Assembly: GCA_035656635.1 (NCBI GenBank)
Contig: DASRSD010000152.1
Span: 9,357-73,356, forward strand
DNA: 64,000 bases
DNA from: Pirellulales bacterium
GTDB taxonomy: Bacteria; Planctomycetota; Planctomycetia; Pirellulales; JADZDJ01
Direction of reading: 5' to 3'
The notes under the pieces are model-generated. The model was not told the DNA's origin, searched no databases, and saw nothing but the letters and a program-made list of their open reading frames with translations. A program made the translations under genes and the position numbers. This document shows positions 36,609 through 44,973 of the stretch, one piece after another (within the stretch, counting starts at the first letter, position 1; every line of letters starts with the position of its first letter).

Positions 36609-36774
36609 GCGTAAATGACGAAGGAGAAATGACCAGTGACGAATCCGATTCCAAATTTAAGCTCGAAGCGGGGCCGGCGACGTCATTTTCGCAGCAGTAG
36701 GGATGATCTTCAACCCGACGTTTAAGCTTTGAGCCTCGCCCTACGTTCGTCATGAAGCTATTCGACATTCGTCA

Positions 36775-37482
36775 TTATTCTTTGAACCGGTAACCCACGC
36801 CGCGGACGGTTTCGATGTTGGCGCCAAAATCGCCCAACTTTTTCCGCAGGCCCACCACCTGCACGTCGACGGAGCGTTCCGTCACAGGGTAATCTTCCCC
36901 TTTCACCGCGTCGACAATTTGGCCGCGGGTAAATGCCCAGCCGGGCTTGCGGGCCAAAAATTGGAGGAGCCGGAACTCGGTGTACGTCAGATCGAGCGGC
37001 GCGCCGTTGAGCAACACTTCGTGCCGGCCAGGGTGAATGTTGAGTTGCCGAATGCGGATAGTGCCCGCCTCGCCCATGCCTTCTTTCGGCTTGCGACGCA
37101 GCAGCGCCTTAATGCGGGCCTGCAGCACGCGAGGACTAAACGGCTTGGTAAGATAATCGTCGGCCCCCAGTTCCAGGCCGGCGACCACATCGGCCTCTTC
37201 GCTTTTGGCCGTTAACATAATAATCGGAATGTGCTGTGTCTGAGAATCCGATTTCAGCAGCCGGCAAACTTCCAGGCCATCGACGCTAGGCAGCAGCAAA
37301 TCGAGGACAATTAAATCGGGCAGCCCTTTCCGGGCTTCCTCCAGCGCCTCCTCCCCCGTGGCTACGCACTGCACCCGGTAGCCTTCCTTGGAGAGGTTGT
37401 AATTGATCAGTTCGAGCAAATCGTCTTCGTCATCGACGACTAAAATTCGCTCGCGCGTGCTGATACGGGATTTCGCCATCAT
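36775..37482 (-). CDS. OmpR/PhoB-family response regulator
   Basis: Started at MMAKSRISTRERILVVDDEDD. It has a receiver domain (DLIVLDLLLPSVDG...MLTAK) and a winged helix (..LTYTEFRLLQFL...TVRGVGYRF). Confidence 0.85.
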   Translation of the reverse strand: MMAKSRISTRERILVVDDEDDLLELINYNLSKEGYRVQCVATGEEALEEARKGLPDLIVLDLLLPSVDGLEVCRLLKSDSQTQHIPIIMLTAKSEEADVVAGLELGADDYLTKPFSPRVLQARIKALLRRKPKEGMGEAGTIRIRQLNIHPGRHEVLLNGAPLDLTYTEFRLLQFLARKPGWAFTRGQIVDAVKGEDYPVTERSVDVQVVGLRKKLGDFGANIETVRGVGYRFKE

Positions 37483-37824
37483 GACTGTGCTCACGGGACA
37501 TCCTCCAAATTCAAGCGTTTCTCTTCCTAATACGGTGGCCGGGTGCCCCCGTGGAGCAACCACGCTATCACACACATGTTAGGAATCGGTTAAGCTCTGA
37601 TATAAATGATGTTGATTGATGCCGGCAGTTTTTATGTCGCGGCACAGCATGCCGGCCAGGTGAGATAGATTATGTAATTAGCCGGCTCTTGGAACAATCG
37701 TGTGCCGATATTTGGGCGACGGAGCGTTTCACACGGAGCAGTTCGCACATCAGCCCGACGGTATCAACCGGAAGTTTGGCCCGGTAAAATCCCAACATCC
37801 GCGACCGACTTCCGCCCTTCTGTC

Positions 37825-38064
37825 ATGAATTTTTTGTGGCAAAGCCTGGTGAATCTGCCCGCTTGGACGGTGATTCTGCTGGTCCGTATATATCAATGGA
37901 CGCTTAGCCCGCTGGTCGGGCGACAATGCCGTTTTCAACCGACTTGCAGCAACTATTTTATCGGGGCCGTGCAGAAATATGGCGTGCTGCTGGGAACCGC
38001 CAAAGGCATTTGCCGCATTGGACGATGCCATCCCTGGCACACCGGCGGGTACGATCCCCCCTGA
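37825..38064 (+). CDS. yidD: membrane protein insertion efficiency factor YidD
   Basis: [58 protein letters not shown] is the YidD signature. I start it at the internal ATG (MNFLWQ...). Confidence 0.85.
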   Translation: MNFLWQSLVNLPAWTVILLVRIYQWTLSPLVGRQCRFQPTCSNYFIGAVQKYGVLLGTAKGICRIGRCHPWHTGGYDPP

Positions 38065-38439
38065 TTTTCGGCCGCCGCACGCATGGAAAGTGGAATTTGG
38101 GCAGCCGTTTGCCAGGCGGCGAATCGTTGGCGGTAATTTATCTCAAATAAATAACGCGAAATCTCAAAGACAAGAACTCGGGCAACTGCTATTTTAACGT
38201 TGCGTCGGGTAGCGTTTTCGACAAGTAATTTGCGGATTTTTGCAAAACTTTGGATCGAAGCACGCGCTGGGACGTGAACTCTGTTTGTCAGGGGAAAAAT
38301 ATCAAGATGGCGAGTTTTGCTCGGGAAAACCCGCTTTCGCCTGTCTGATCCGCTGCCAACAAGGAGTTGGAATTGTAGTCCCGCCGGGTAATGCCTAACG
38401 GGTTTACAGTACCATCTCTTGATGGTTGTTTTTCCCCCC

Positions 38440-38476
38440 GAAACCCACGGGATGCAGCCCGTGGGTTTCTCTTTGC
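38440..38476 (+). terminator. intrinsic-terminator-like hairpin in the yidD-hydantoinase spacer
   Basis: gaaacccacggg-atgcag-cccgtgggtttc forms a 12-bp stem and is followed by tctcttt. It lies 107 nt upstream of the dihydropyrimidinase ATG. Confidence 0.55.
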
Positions 38477-38583
38477 GCTGATCGCTTCTGGCGGCCACCC
38501 AATGGCACCGGTATGCTAAATCGTTTCCTAACAATTCGCGCCGTTTATCCACACATCGACCTTCAAATTTGGGGGAACTCAAT

Positions 38584-39987
38584 ATGCCACTGCTCATCAA
38601 AAACGCCGAAATCATAACCGCCGATCAGCGATATAAGGCCGATATTTGGTGCGCCGGCGAAACCATTACCGCCATTGGCACCAACCTTTCCGCCCCGCCG
38701 GACGCCGAAATCATCGACGCCGCCGGAAAATACGTCTTCCCCGGGTTCATTGATCCGCACGTCCATATTTATCTGCCGTTCATGGGCACGTTCGCCAAAG
38801 ACACGTACGAAACCGCCAGCCGGGCGGCGTTGGTCGGCGGCACCACGAGTCTGATCGAAATGGTTTGCCCCGCGCGCAACGACGATCCTGTGGAATCGTA
38901 CGAATTGTGGAAATCGAAAGCCGCCGGCAAATCGGCCTGCGATTACACATTTCATTTTGGCGTCAGCCGGTTCGATGAAAAATCGCCCGACCAGTTGCGG
39001 AAAATTGTGGACGACGGCACGGCCTCGTTCAAAGTGTTTTTGGCGTACAAAGGCGCCTTCAATCTCGACGACACCGAGCTGTTCCGCACCCTGGAGTTGG
39101 CCAAGCGCTGGGGCGTGATTGTCACGGCCCACTGCGAAAACGCCGAACTGGTTTCGCAGCTCCAGCAAAAGCTAATTGCCGAAGGCAAAACCGGCACCAA
39201 GTGGCACGAGCCTTCCCGCCCGCCGGTGGTCGAGGCCGAAGGCGTGCATCACCTGGCTACTTTTGCCGGGCTCACCGGCGCTCATGTATACGTGGTGCAC
39301 ACTTCCTGCTGCGATGCGCTGCGCGAAGCCCAAGCGGCCCATAACCGCGGCGTGCGAATGTGGGTGGAATCGGTCATCCCGCATTTTGTGTTCGACCGCA
39401 GCTATGCCGAAAAGCCGAACTTCGAAGGGGCCAAATACGTGATGTCGCCGCCCTTGCGCGAAAAGCGGCACCAGGAACAACTGTGGAATGCCTTAGCGAC
39501 GGGACTCGTTAGCACCGTTGCCACCGATCACGCCCCGTTCGATTTCAAAGGTCAAAAGGAAATGGGCAAAAGCGACTTCACCAAAATTCCCAACGGCATT
39601 CCAAGCATCGAAGACCGCGTGAACTTGCTCTACAGCTACGGCGTGCGGAAAGGGCGCATCGATTTGCACCGCTTTGTCGATGCTGCCAGCACGCAGGCCG
39701 CCAAAATTTTTGGTTTGTTTCCACGCAAAGGCACTATTCAACTTGGCAGTGACGCCGATCTGGTGATATACGACCCGGCGTATCGCGGCAACATCTCCGC
39801 CAAAACTCAGCAAATGAATGTCGATTACAGCGCCTTTGAAGGCTGGCCGCTGGAAGGCCGCCCCAGCGCCGTTTCCGTCCGCGGCAAAATCCAAGTCCGC
39901 GACGGCAAATTCGTGGGCGACCAAAAACGCGGCCAACAGCTGAAGCGCGAACCGACACATGGGTATAATAATGCTCACGATGACTGA
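38584..39987 (+). CDS. dihydropyrimidinase / D-hydantoinase
   Basis: It has GFIDPHVH, FKVFLAYKG (the carboxylated-Lys region), TAHCEN and VATDHAPF. The ATG at 38584 follows a GGGGGA Shine-Dalgarno sequence; the TTG at 38569 is unlikely to be the start. Confidence 0.9.
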   Translation: MPLLIKNAEIITADQRYKADIWCAGETITAIGTNLSAPPDAEIIDAAGKYVFPGFIDPHVHIYLPFMGTFAKDTYETASRAALVGGTTSLIEMVCPARNDDPVESYELWKSKAAGKSACDYTFHFGVSRFDEKSPDQLRKIVDDGTASFKVFLAYKGAFNLDDTELFRTLELAKRWGVIVTAHCENAELVSQLQQKLIAEGKTGTKWHEPSRPPVVEAEGVHHLATFAGLTGAHVYVVHTSCCDALREAQAAHNRGVRMWVESVIPHFVFDRSYAEKPNFEGAKYVMSPPLREKRHQEQLWNALATGLVSTVATDHAPFDFKGQKEMGKSDFTKIPNGIPSIEDRVNLLYSYGVRKGRIDLHRFVDAASTQAAKIFGLFPRKGTIQLGSDADLVIYDPAYRGNISAKTQQMNVDYSAFEGWPLEGRPSAVSVRGKIQVRDGKFVGDQKRGQQLKREPTHGYNNAHDD

Positions 39988-40193
39988 TAGGCCCACATTC
40001 TTGATGAGACCAAACGCACCGCTGCGGAAAATGGCGGTACTTCACTTGGCGCATCACGTTTTGCTAAGGCAATAGGAATATAAGAATCGGATTGGCTGGG
40101 AAAATTCAGCGCCTCTGAGGTGATGCCATGCGGCGGAAGTTTGTAGCGACGGGCTTAGATTGATTTGCTATAATTGAGCGTGAGGCGAATCCT

Positions 40194-40442
40194 ATGCAAG
40201 ACCAAGAACTTCTCCGGCGAATCGTATCAGACCCCAAAGTTTTGGTTGGAAAGCCAGCCATCAAAGGTACGCGGCTCTCGGTTGATTTTATTCTTAACTT
40301 GCTGGCACACGGCGCAACGATCGAAGATATTACGGCCGAATATCAAGGCGTTGTCCAGGAAGATATTCAAGCCTGCTTGTTATTCGCTTCGCAGTCCATT
40401 TCGAATACAGCGTTCATGCCTTTGGAGGCGGAGACCACCTAG
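40194..40442 (+). CDS. DUF433 antitoxin-like protein
   Basis: IVSDPKVLVGKPAIKGTRLSVDFILNLLAHGATIEDITAEYQGVVQEDIQACLLFA follows the DUF433 pattern. An extended -10 (TGcTATAAT) lies at 40166-40174. Confidence 0.75.
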   Translation: MQDQELLRRIVSDPKVLVGKPAIKGTRLSVDFILNLLAHGATIEDITAEYQGVVQEDIQACLLFASQSISNTAFMPLEAETT

Positions 40443-40802
40443 GTGCGGTTCCTTGTCGATGAATGCACTGGCCCCAGTGTAGCGCGTTGGCTACGCGAAC
40501 AATCGCACGAAGTGTTTTCTGTATTCGACGAAGCCCGAGGCATGACGGATGACGCTGTCATACGGAAGGCTCATTCCGAGAATTGGATTCTGATCACGAA
40601 CGACAAGGATTTTGGCGAGAAGGTCTATCGGCAGGGGCAGCCTCATCGCGGGATCATCCTCTTGCGGTTTGTCGACGAAAGATCGGCTGCCAAAATCCAA
40701 GCCCTACGAAAGCTGTTGGTTGCATTTGCGAACCAATTGGCCGACCAGTTTGTCGTGGTCACACCATCTCAGGTCCGTTTTGGAGGACCAGCGCATCCAT
40801 GA
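40443..40802 (+). CDS. DUF5615 / Mut7-C-like PIN-fold toxin
   Basis: A GTG start abuts the DUF433 stop. MRFLVDECTG...ILITNDKDFGEKV...GIILLRF is the typical DUF5615 layout. Confidence 0.7.
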   Translation: MRFLVDECTGPSVARWLREQSHEVFSVFDEARGMTDDAVIRKAHSENWILITNDKDFGEKVYRQGQPHRGIILLRFVDERSAAKIQALRKLLVAFANQLADQFVVVTPSQVRFGGPAHP

Positions 40803-41503
40803 AATCCAGCGTTGAGGAAATTCGTCAGCGGTTTGATAGCGAAGTGGAGCGGTTTTCCAACCTGCAAACCGGCCAGTCGGCGACGGTTGATGCGCCCTTG
40901 GCGTTGGAATTAATTGCCGCAGCGGCCGCCAGCACCAATCCGCAGGCCAAGCGGTTGTTGGACATCGGCTGCGGGGCGGGCAATTACACGCTGAAATTAT
41001 TGGAGCGCCTGCCAAAGTTGAATGTCACGCTCATTGACCTGAGCCAGCCCATGCTCGACAAAGCGCAGGTGCGCATTCGCGCCGTCAGCCCAGGCAGTAT
41101 CCGCGCCCTGCAAGGGGACATGCGCGAAATCGACTTGGGCGAAGCGGCCTTCGACATCATTGTCGCCTCGGCCACATTGCATCATTTGCGCACCGACGAT
41201 CAGTGGCGCGCCATGTTCGCGAAAATACACCGCGCACTCGTCCCCGGCGGATCACTGTGGATTTTCGATTTAATCGATTATGATCTGCCCAACGTTCGGG
41301 AGCTGATGAAGCAGCGTTACGCCGAATATTTAGAAGCGCTGAAAGGGCCTGAATATTGCGCCGATGTGTTTGCTTACATCGAGAAAGAAGACACGCCTAA
41401 GTCGCTCATTTTTCAACTAGAATTGCTGCGGGCAGTTGGCTTTCGCACCGTGGAAGTGCTGCACGCCAACTGCTGCTTCGCCGCCTTTGGCGCGGTGAAA
41501 TAG
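40799..41503 (+). CDS. class I SAM-dependent methyltransferase
   Basis: I start it at MKSSVEEIRQRF, where an ATGA overlaps the previous stop. LLDIGCGAGNYT is motif I. The upstream part of ORF 40583 is an out-of-frame overlap. Confidence 0.8.
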   Translation: MKSSVEEIRQRFDSEVERFSNLQTGQSATVDAPLALELIAAAAASTNPQAKRLLDIGCGAGNYTLKLLERLPKLNVTLIDLSQPMLDKAQVRIRAVSPGSIRALQGDMREIDLGEAAFDIIVASATLHHLRTDDQWRAMFAKIHRALVPGGSLWIFDLIDYDLPNVRELMKQRYAEYLEALKGPEYCADVFAYIEKEDTPKSLIFQLELLRAVGFRTVEVLHANCCFAAFGAVK

Positions 41504-41635
41504 ATCGCATCCCCCTTGAGCGGACAACCGTAAAGACGCACAGCCAAGGGGCCGATCAATCGACGGTTGCAAATAAAAAGGAGCGTCGAACGGCCGTTCG
41601 ACGCTCCTTGTGTTTTCAGACATTGCAGGCCAGCG

Positions 41636-42409
41636 CTAGTTCTTGTTCCCTCCTTGCCCGCCACCGGGAGTTCCGCCACCGCCGCCTGGTCTGCGACCAC
41701 CACCAAAGCCAGGGAATTGAATTGACGCCAAGTCAAACTTCTTCCCCTGCATTTTTTCAAACTTGCTTTTTTGTTCATCGGTCAAAATGGCCAGCGCTTT
41801 GTCGCTCTGCTGCGTGCGAATTTCGGTCACCTTCTTTTGCATTTCTTGCCGCTCCTGGTCATCTTGCGGCGGTCCGCCGGAGAACGTGTCCATAATTTTT
41901 TGACGCGTATCGTCGGCCAAGTCCTTCAGCTTTCCTTTCTGATCGTCGGTCAGCGCCAATTTATCCGCCACATCGTCACGGCTTAAGGCGCCGGCGCCAG
42001 ACTGCTGCAAGCTAATTTCGTCGAGCCGGTCCATTTGCTGCGGCAGCAGAATTTCGGCGATCTTTTTGCGATTTTCTTTCGCGCGTTCCTGGACTTTCTT
42101 TTGCCGCTCCTCTTGTGAGAGCCCCTGCATCTGTTGAAAGAAATCGCGGCCGCTGGCCATCATATCTTGCTGCAATTTTTGCAAGCTCGTTTTTTGATCG
42201 TCCGAAAGCGTCAATTCTGTTTGCACTGACGGCGCCATCAACAAGAACGACGGGTCGCCCCCGCCGCCGCCGAAGCCGCCACCAAAACCGCCGCCCATAC
42301 CGCCGAATCGACCGCCCCCTTGCCCCTGCCCTTGCGCCAGGGCCGACGAGGCCGACATTACGGCGACCACCGCCATCAGGCATTTTCCGAAGCGCATGCA
42401 ACACTTCAT
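41636..42409 (-). CDS. periplasmic LTXXQ-motif (Spy/CpxP-like) protein with Gly-rich ends
   Basis: An AAGGAG Shine-Dalgarno sequence lies 8 nt upstream of the ATG at 42409, and a signal peptide is present. The repeats LSDDQKTSLQKL, LTDDQKGKLKDL and LTDEQKSKFEKM fit the LTXXQ motif. Confidence 0.75.
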   Translation of the reverse strand: MKCCMRFGKCLMAVVAVMSASSALAQGQGQGGGRFGGMGGGFGGGFGGGGGDPSFLLMAPSVQTELTLSDDQKTSLQKLQQDMMASGRDFFQQMQGLSQEERQKKVQERAKENRKKIAEILLPQQMDRLDEISLQQSGAGALSRDDVADKLALTDDQKGKLKDLADDTRQKIMDTFSGGPPQDDQERQEMQKKVTEIRTQQSDKALAILTDEQKSKFEKMQGKKFDLASIQFPGFGGGRRPGGGGGTPGGGQGGNKN

Positions 42410-42665
42410 GACGATCACTCCTTAGAAATTGTTTGGATCGAATTTGAAACGCCCCTGCCAGGCTGATGAAAGGGCGACGCGAATCGATACTGCGACTTTC
42501 CGGGCCCAAGAACTGGCCACCGCCGATGCCTAAAAAATCTAACATTTTTCCCAGACGCTGTCTAACAGATTGCCGCAGCAGGGAAAATCTGATGCCTTTT
42601 TCTCGGCGATTTGCGAAAATTACCCGATGCCGCCCGGCGTAGCCGCACGGGCTAAGCAAACTCAA

Positions 42666-43799
42666 TCATCCCCGGGCCAGAGCGTCGGTTTGCTTTACAA
42701 ATTCGTCCCCTTTCCATTCGCTGTCGGCGCGAATGACTTTGCCGTCCTTCGAGGCTGCCGCGGCTTTGGCCTTGCGCGCTTCCGCCTGCCGAGCGACCAA
42801 ATCGTAATGCGTGGTGAAGTATTGGAGGCTGTGCCCTTTGAAATCGTCCAGCGATTTGAAGTTGTGCTTGTCCATAAACGCCGACAGCTCTTTACACATG
42901 TCGTGAATGCAGCGGTAACCCACTTTCATCACATACGTGCAAACCTGCACGGTGTCGCTGCCCAACAGAATGAACTGTGCCGCGTCGTTGCCCGTTTCCA
43001 CGCCGCCGATGCCCGACAGCGTTCGCCCGGGAAATTCTTTTTTAATCACCTGCGCCACTTCCATGCACATTCGCAGCGCAATAGGCAGCACCGCCTTGCA
43101 CGAGTATCCGCCGGGCGTGGTGTAACCTTCCACGCTGGGCTCCGGCCGCAGCGTTTCCAAATCGACGCCAATCACACTGCGAATGGTATTGATGGCGCTA
43201 ATGCCATCGCAACCGGCTTTGAGCGAAGCCCGGGTGGGATCTTCGATGTGCGTGACATTGGGCGTCATCTTCGCCCACACCGGCACTTTGGCCGCGCTCA
43301 TCACCCAGCGGCATACTTCCGTCAAAATTTCCGGGTTCTCTCCCATCGCCGAACCCATGCGACGTTCCGGCAGGCCGTGCGGGCAGGAAAAATTGCACTC
43401 GAAGGCATCCACACCCGCAGCCTGGCAGCGTTCCACAATTTCCACCCAGGCGTCTTTGCGAAATTCCTCCATGATGGAGCAAATCAGCACGCGGTCCGGG
43501 TATTTATCTTTCACCTGTTTGAATTCGTCGATCCAGGTATCGAACGGCCGGTCGCTAATTAGCTCGATGTTTTCCCAGCCGATAATTTCCTTCGATTCCG
43601 CCGTGCGCAAGCGCCCGTACCGCGGCTGCACGTTAATCACCTTCGACGAATCAAGGCTGACCGTTTTGCAAATGACCGCCCCCCAGCCTTCGTCAAACGC
43701 TTTGCCGATGACGTTGGCATTGGTGCCCGGCGGCCCGGAACCAATGACAAAAGGATTGGGGAGTTTCAAACCGTTTACGGTGGTGGATAAATCGGCCAT
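42666..43799 (-). CDS. dihydropyrimidine dehydrogenase PreA-like / class-1 DHOD-fold flavoprotein (no C-terminal Fe-S domain)
   Basis: LKLPNPFVIGSGPPGTN...FECNFSCPHG...ISAINT...GGVETGNDAAQFILLGSDTVQVCT indicates the FMN-binding DHOD/DPD fold. The last 60 or so residues contain no cysteine. Confidence 0.8.
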   Translation of the reverse strand: MADLSTTVNGLKLPNPFVIGSGPPGTNANVIGKAFDEGWGAVICKTVSLDSSKVINVQPRYGRLRTAESKEIIGWENIELISDRPFDTWIDEFKQVKDKYPDRVLICSIMEEFRKDAWVEIVERCQAAGVDAFECNFSCPHGLPERRMGSAMGENPEILTEVCRWVMSAAKVPVWAKMTPNVTHIEDPTRASLKAGCDGISAINTIRSVIGVDLETLRPEPSVEGYTTPGGYSCKAVLPIALRMCMEVAQVIKKEFPGRTLSGIGGVETGNDAAQFILLGSDTVQVCTYVMKVGYRCIHDMCKELSAFMDKHNFKSLDDFKGHSLQYFTTHYDLVARQAEARKAKAAAASKDGKVIRADSEWKGDEFVKQTDALARG

Positions 43800-43879
43800 G
43801 GTTGTTCAGTGGTAGAGGAGTGGTCAGTGATCGGTTATCAGTGATCAGATTATAAAGCCGCGACCGTTGGTCGCGCTGT

Positions 43880-44533
43880 TTAATTTTTGTCGGCCGCGGG
43901 GCTGTTCATCAAGCCGGCGTAGGCACTGGCCGGGCGGGAAAGGCTGAGGATGATGCCTAGGCCGTCGTTGGGAATCATGATGCCGGCCGAGGTTTGGACG
44001 GCATGCGGAATCAAATTCAGCACACCGCCCACGGTGGCCGCCAGCGCCAAGCTTTGCCAGACGATGATGCCATATTGCTCGCTATGACTCAACAGTTGCG
44101 GCGGACCGACCAGCCACAAAATCGCCCCGGCCAACAGCAGTTCGATGCCCGGCCCGGCCAAGTAAATCAGCGCGTGCTTGAGCCCCGGCAACCGCAAATC
44201 CCGCGGCACCGAACGGGCAAAGCCCTCCAATGGCAATAACTTTAATTCCACACTCGCACTCCCCACTCGAAAACTGGCCACGGGCCGTCCCAGGCCGATC
44301 ACCACTTGTTCCACCTGCCACCCCAATAATGCCGCCATCAGTGCGTGACCGGATTCATGCAACGCCAGCAGCGGAATCCAAAACAGTACAAACAGCAGCA
44401 CGCTCAGCTTCACCGGCGCGTAATTGGTACACACCTCGCCGGCGAACAGTCCTAAAATCACCAGCAAAAAAATGGCGTACGCCCTGCGCTCCTGCTTATT
44501 CATCGGACCGCGCATTGGACCGGGAGCGTACAT
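43880..44533 (-). CDS. M50-family (site-2-protease-like) membrane metallopeptidase
   Basis: HESGHALMAALLG contains the HExxH motif within a transmembrane segment. The rest of the protein is multi-pass hydrophobic. Confidence 0.65.
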   Translation of the reverse strand: MYAPGPMRGPMNKQERRAYAIFLLVILGLFAGEVCTNYAPVKLSVLLFVLFWIPLLALHESGHALMAALLGWQVEQVVIGLGRPVASFRVGSASVELKLLPLEGFARSVPRDLRLPGLKHALIYLAGPGIELLLAGAILWLVGPPQLLSHSEQYGIIVWQSLALAATVGGVLNLIPHAVQTSAGIMIPNDGLGIILSLSRPASAYAGLMNSPAADKN

Positions 44534-44551
44534 AAAGAAAAGACGACGAAA

Positions 44552-44785
44552 TCAGCCCACTGCCACGTCGACATATTCCGACATGGATGTTGGTTGCGGA
44601 ATAGGTAAACCGGCGCGGCGCATGCCTTCGAAATGGAAATCCAACGCTTCTTGAATGTTCGTCTTCACTTCGTCCAACGTGTCACCGCAGGACACACAGC
44701 CTGGAACATCGGGTAAATAGGCGCTGTAGCTCCCATCATTTGCTTTTTCAATGATTGCTAGGTATTTGTCCATCTGAGCCCTCAC
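44552..44785 (-). CDS. hicB: HicB-family antitoxin
   Basis: YLAIIEKANDGSYSAYLPDVPGCVSCGDTLDEVKTNIQEALDFHFEGM matches the HicB/UPF0150 N-terminal domain. The start is either a GTGA overlap with the hicA stop or the ATG at 44773. Confidence 0.8.
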   Translation of the reverse strand: MRAQMDKYLAIIEKANDGSYSAYLPDVPGCVSCGDTLDEVKTNIQEALDFHFEGMRRAGLPIPQPTSMSEYVDVAVG

Positions 44786-44973
44786 TTCAATCCCGCCTGT
44801 CTAAATATACTATTCAGCGTCTTGGGCGGTACATCGCGGTTCAGTTTTCCCCCGCCGGGAACTGTAACTTTGCCGGGAAGTGTCGGATGTGCATATTGCA
44901 TGTGACTGCCTTTGGTCGTTTCCAAAATCCAACCCGCTGCTTCAATCTGTTTAATCACATCGCGATACTTCAT
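44782..44973 (-). CDS. hicA: HicA-family mRNA interferase toxin
   Basis: MKYRDVIKQIEAAGWILETTKGSHMQYAHPTLPGKVTVPGGGKLNRDVPPKTLNSIFRQAGLK (63 aa) is a typical HicA. The rest of ORF 44782..45558 is antisense junk. Confidence 0.85.
   Translation of the reverse strand: MKYRDVIKQIEAAGWILETTKGSHMQYAHPTLPGKVTVPGGGKLNRDVPPKTLNSIFRQAGLK

Noticed and set aside
37953-38615. A 220-aa minus-strand ORF spanning the yidD-hydantoinase spacer.
   Set aside because: It overlaps the yidD 3' end and the hydantoinase start, has no Shine-Dalgarno sequence and a patchy composition. I treat the region as non-coding (see the leader finding).
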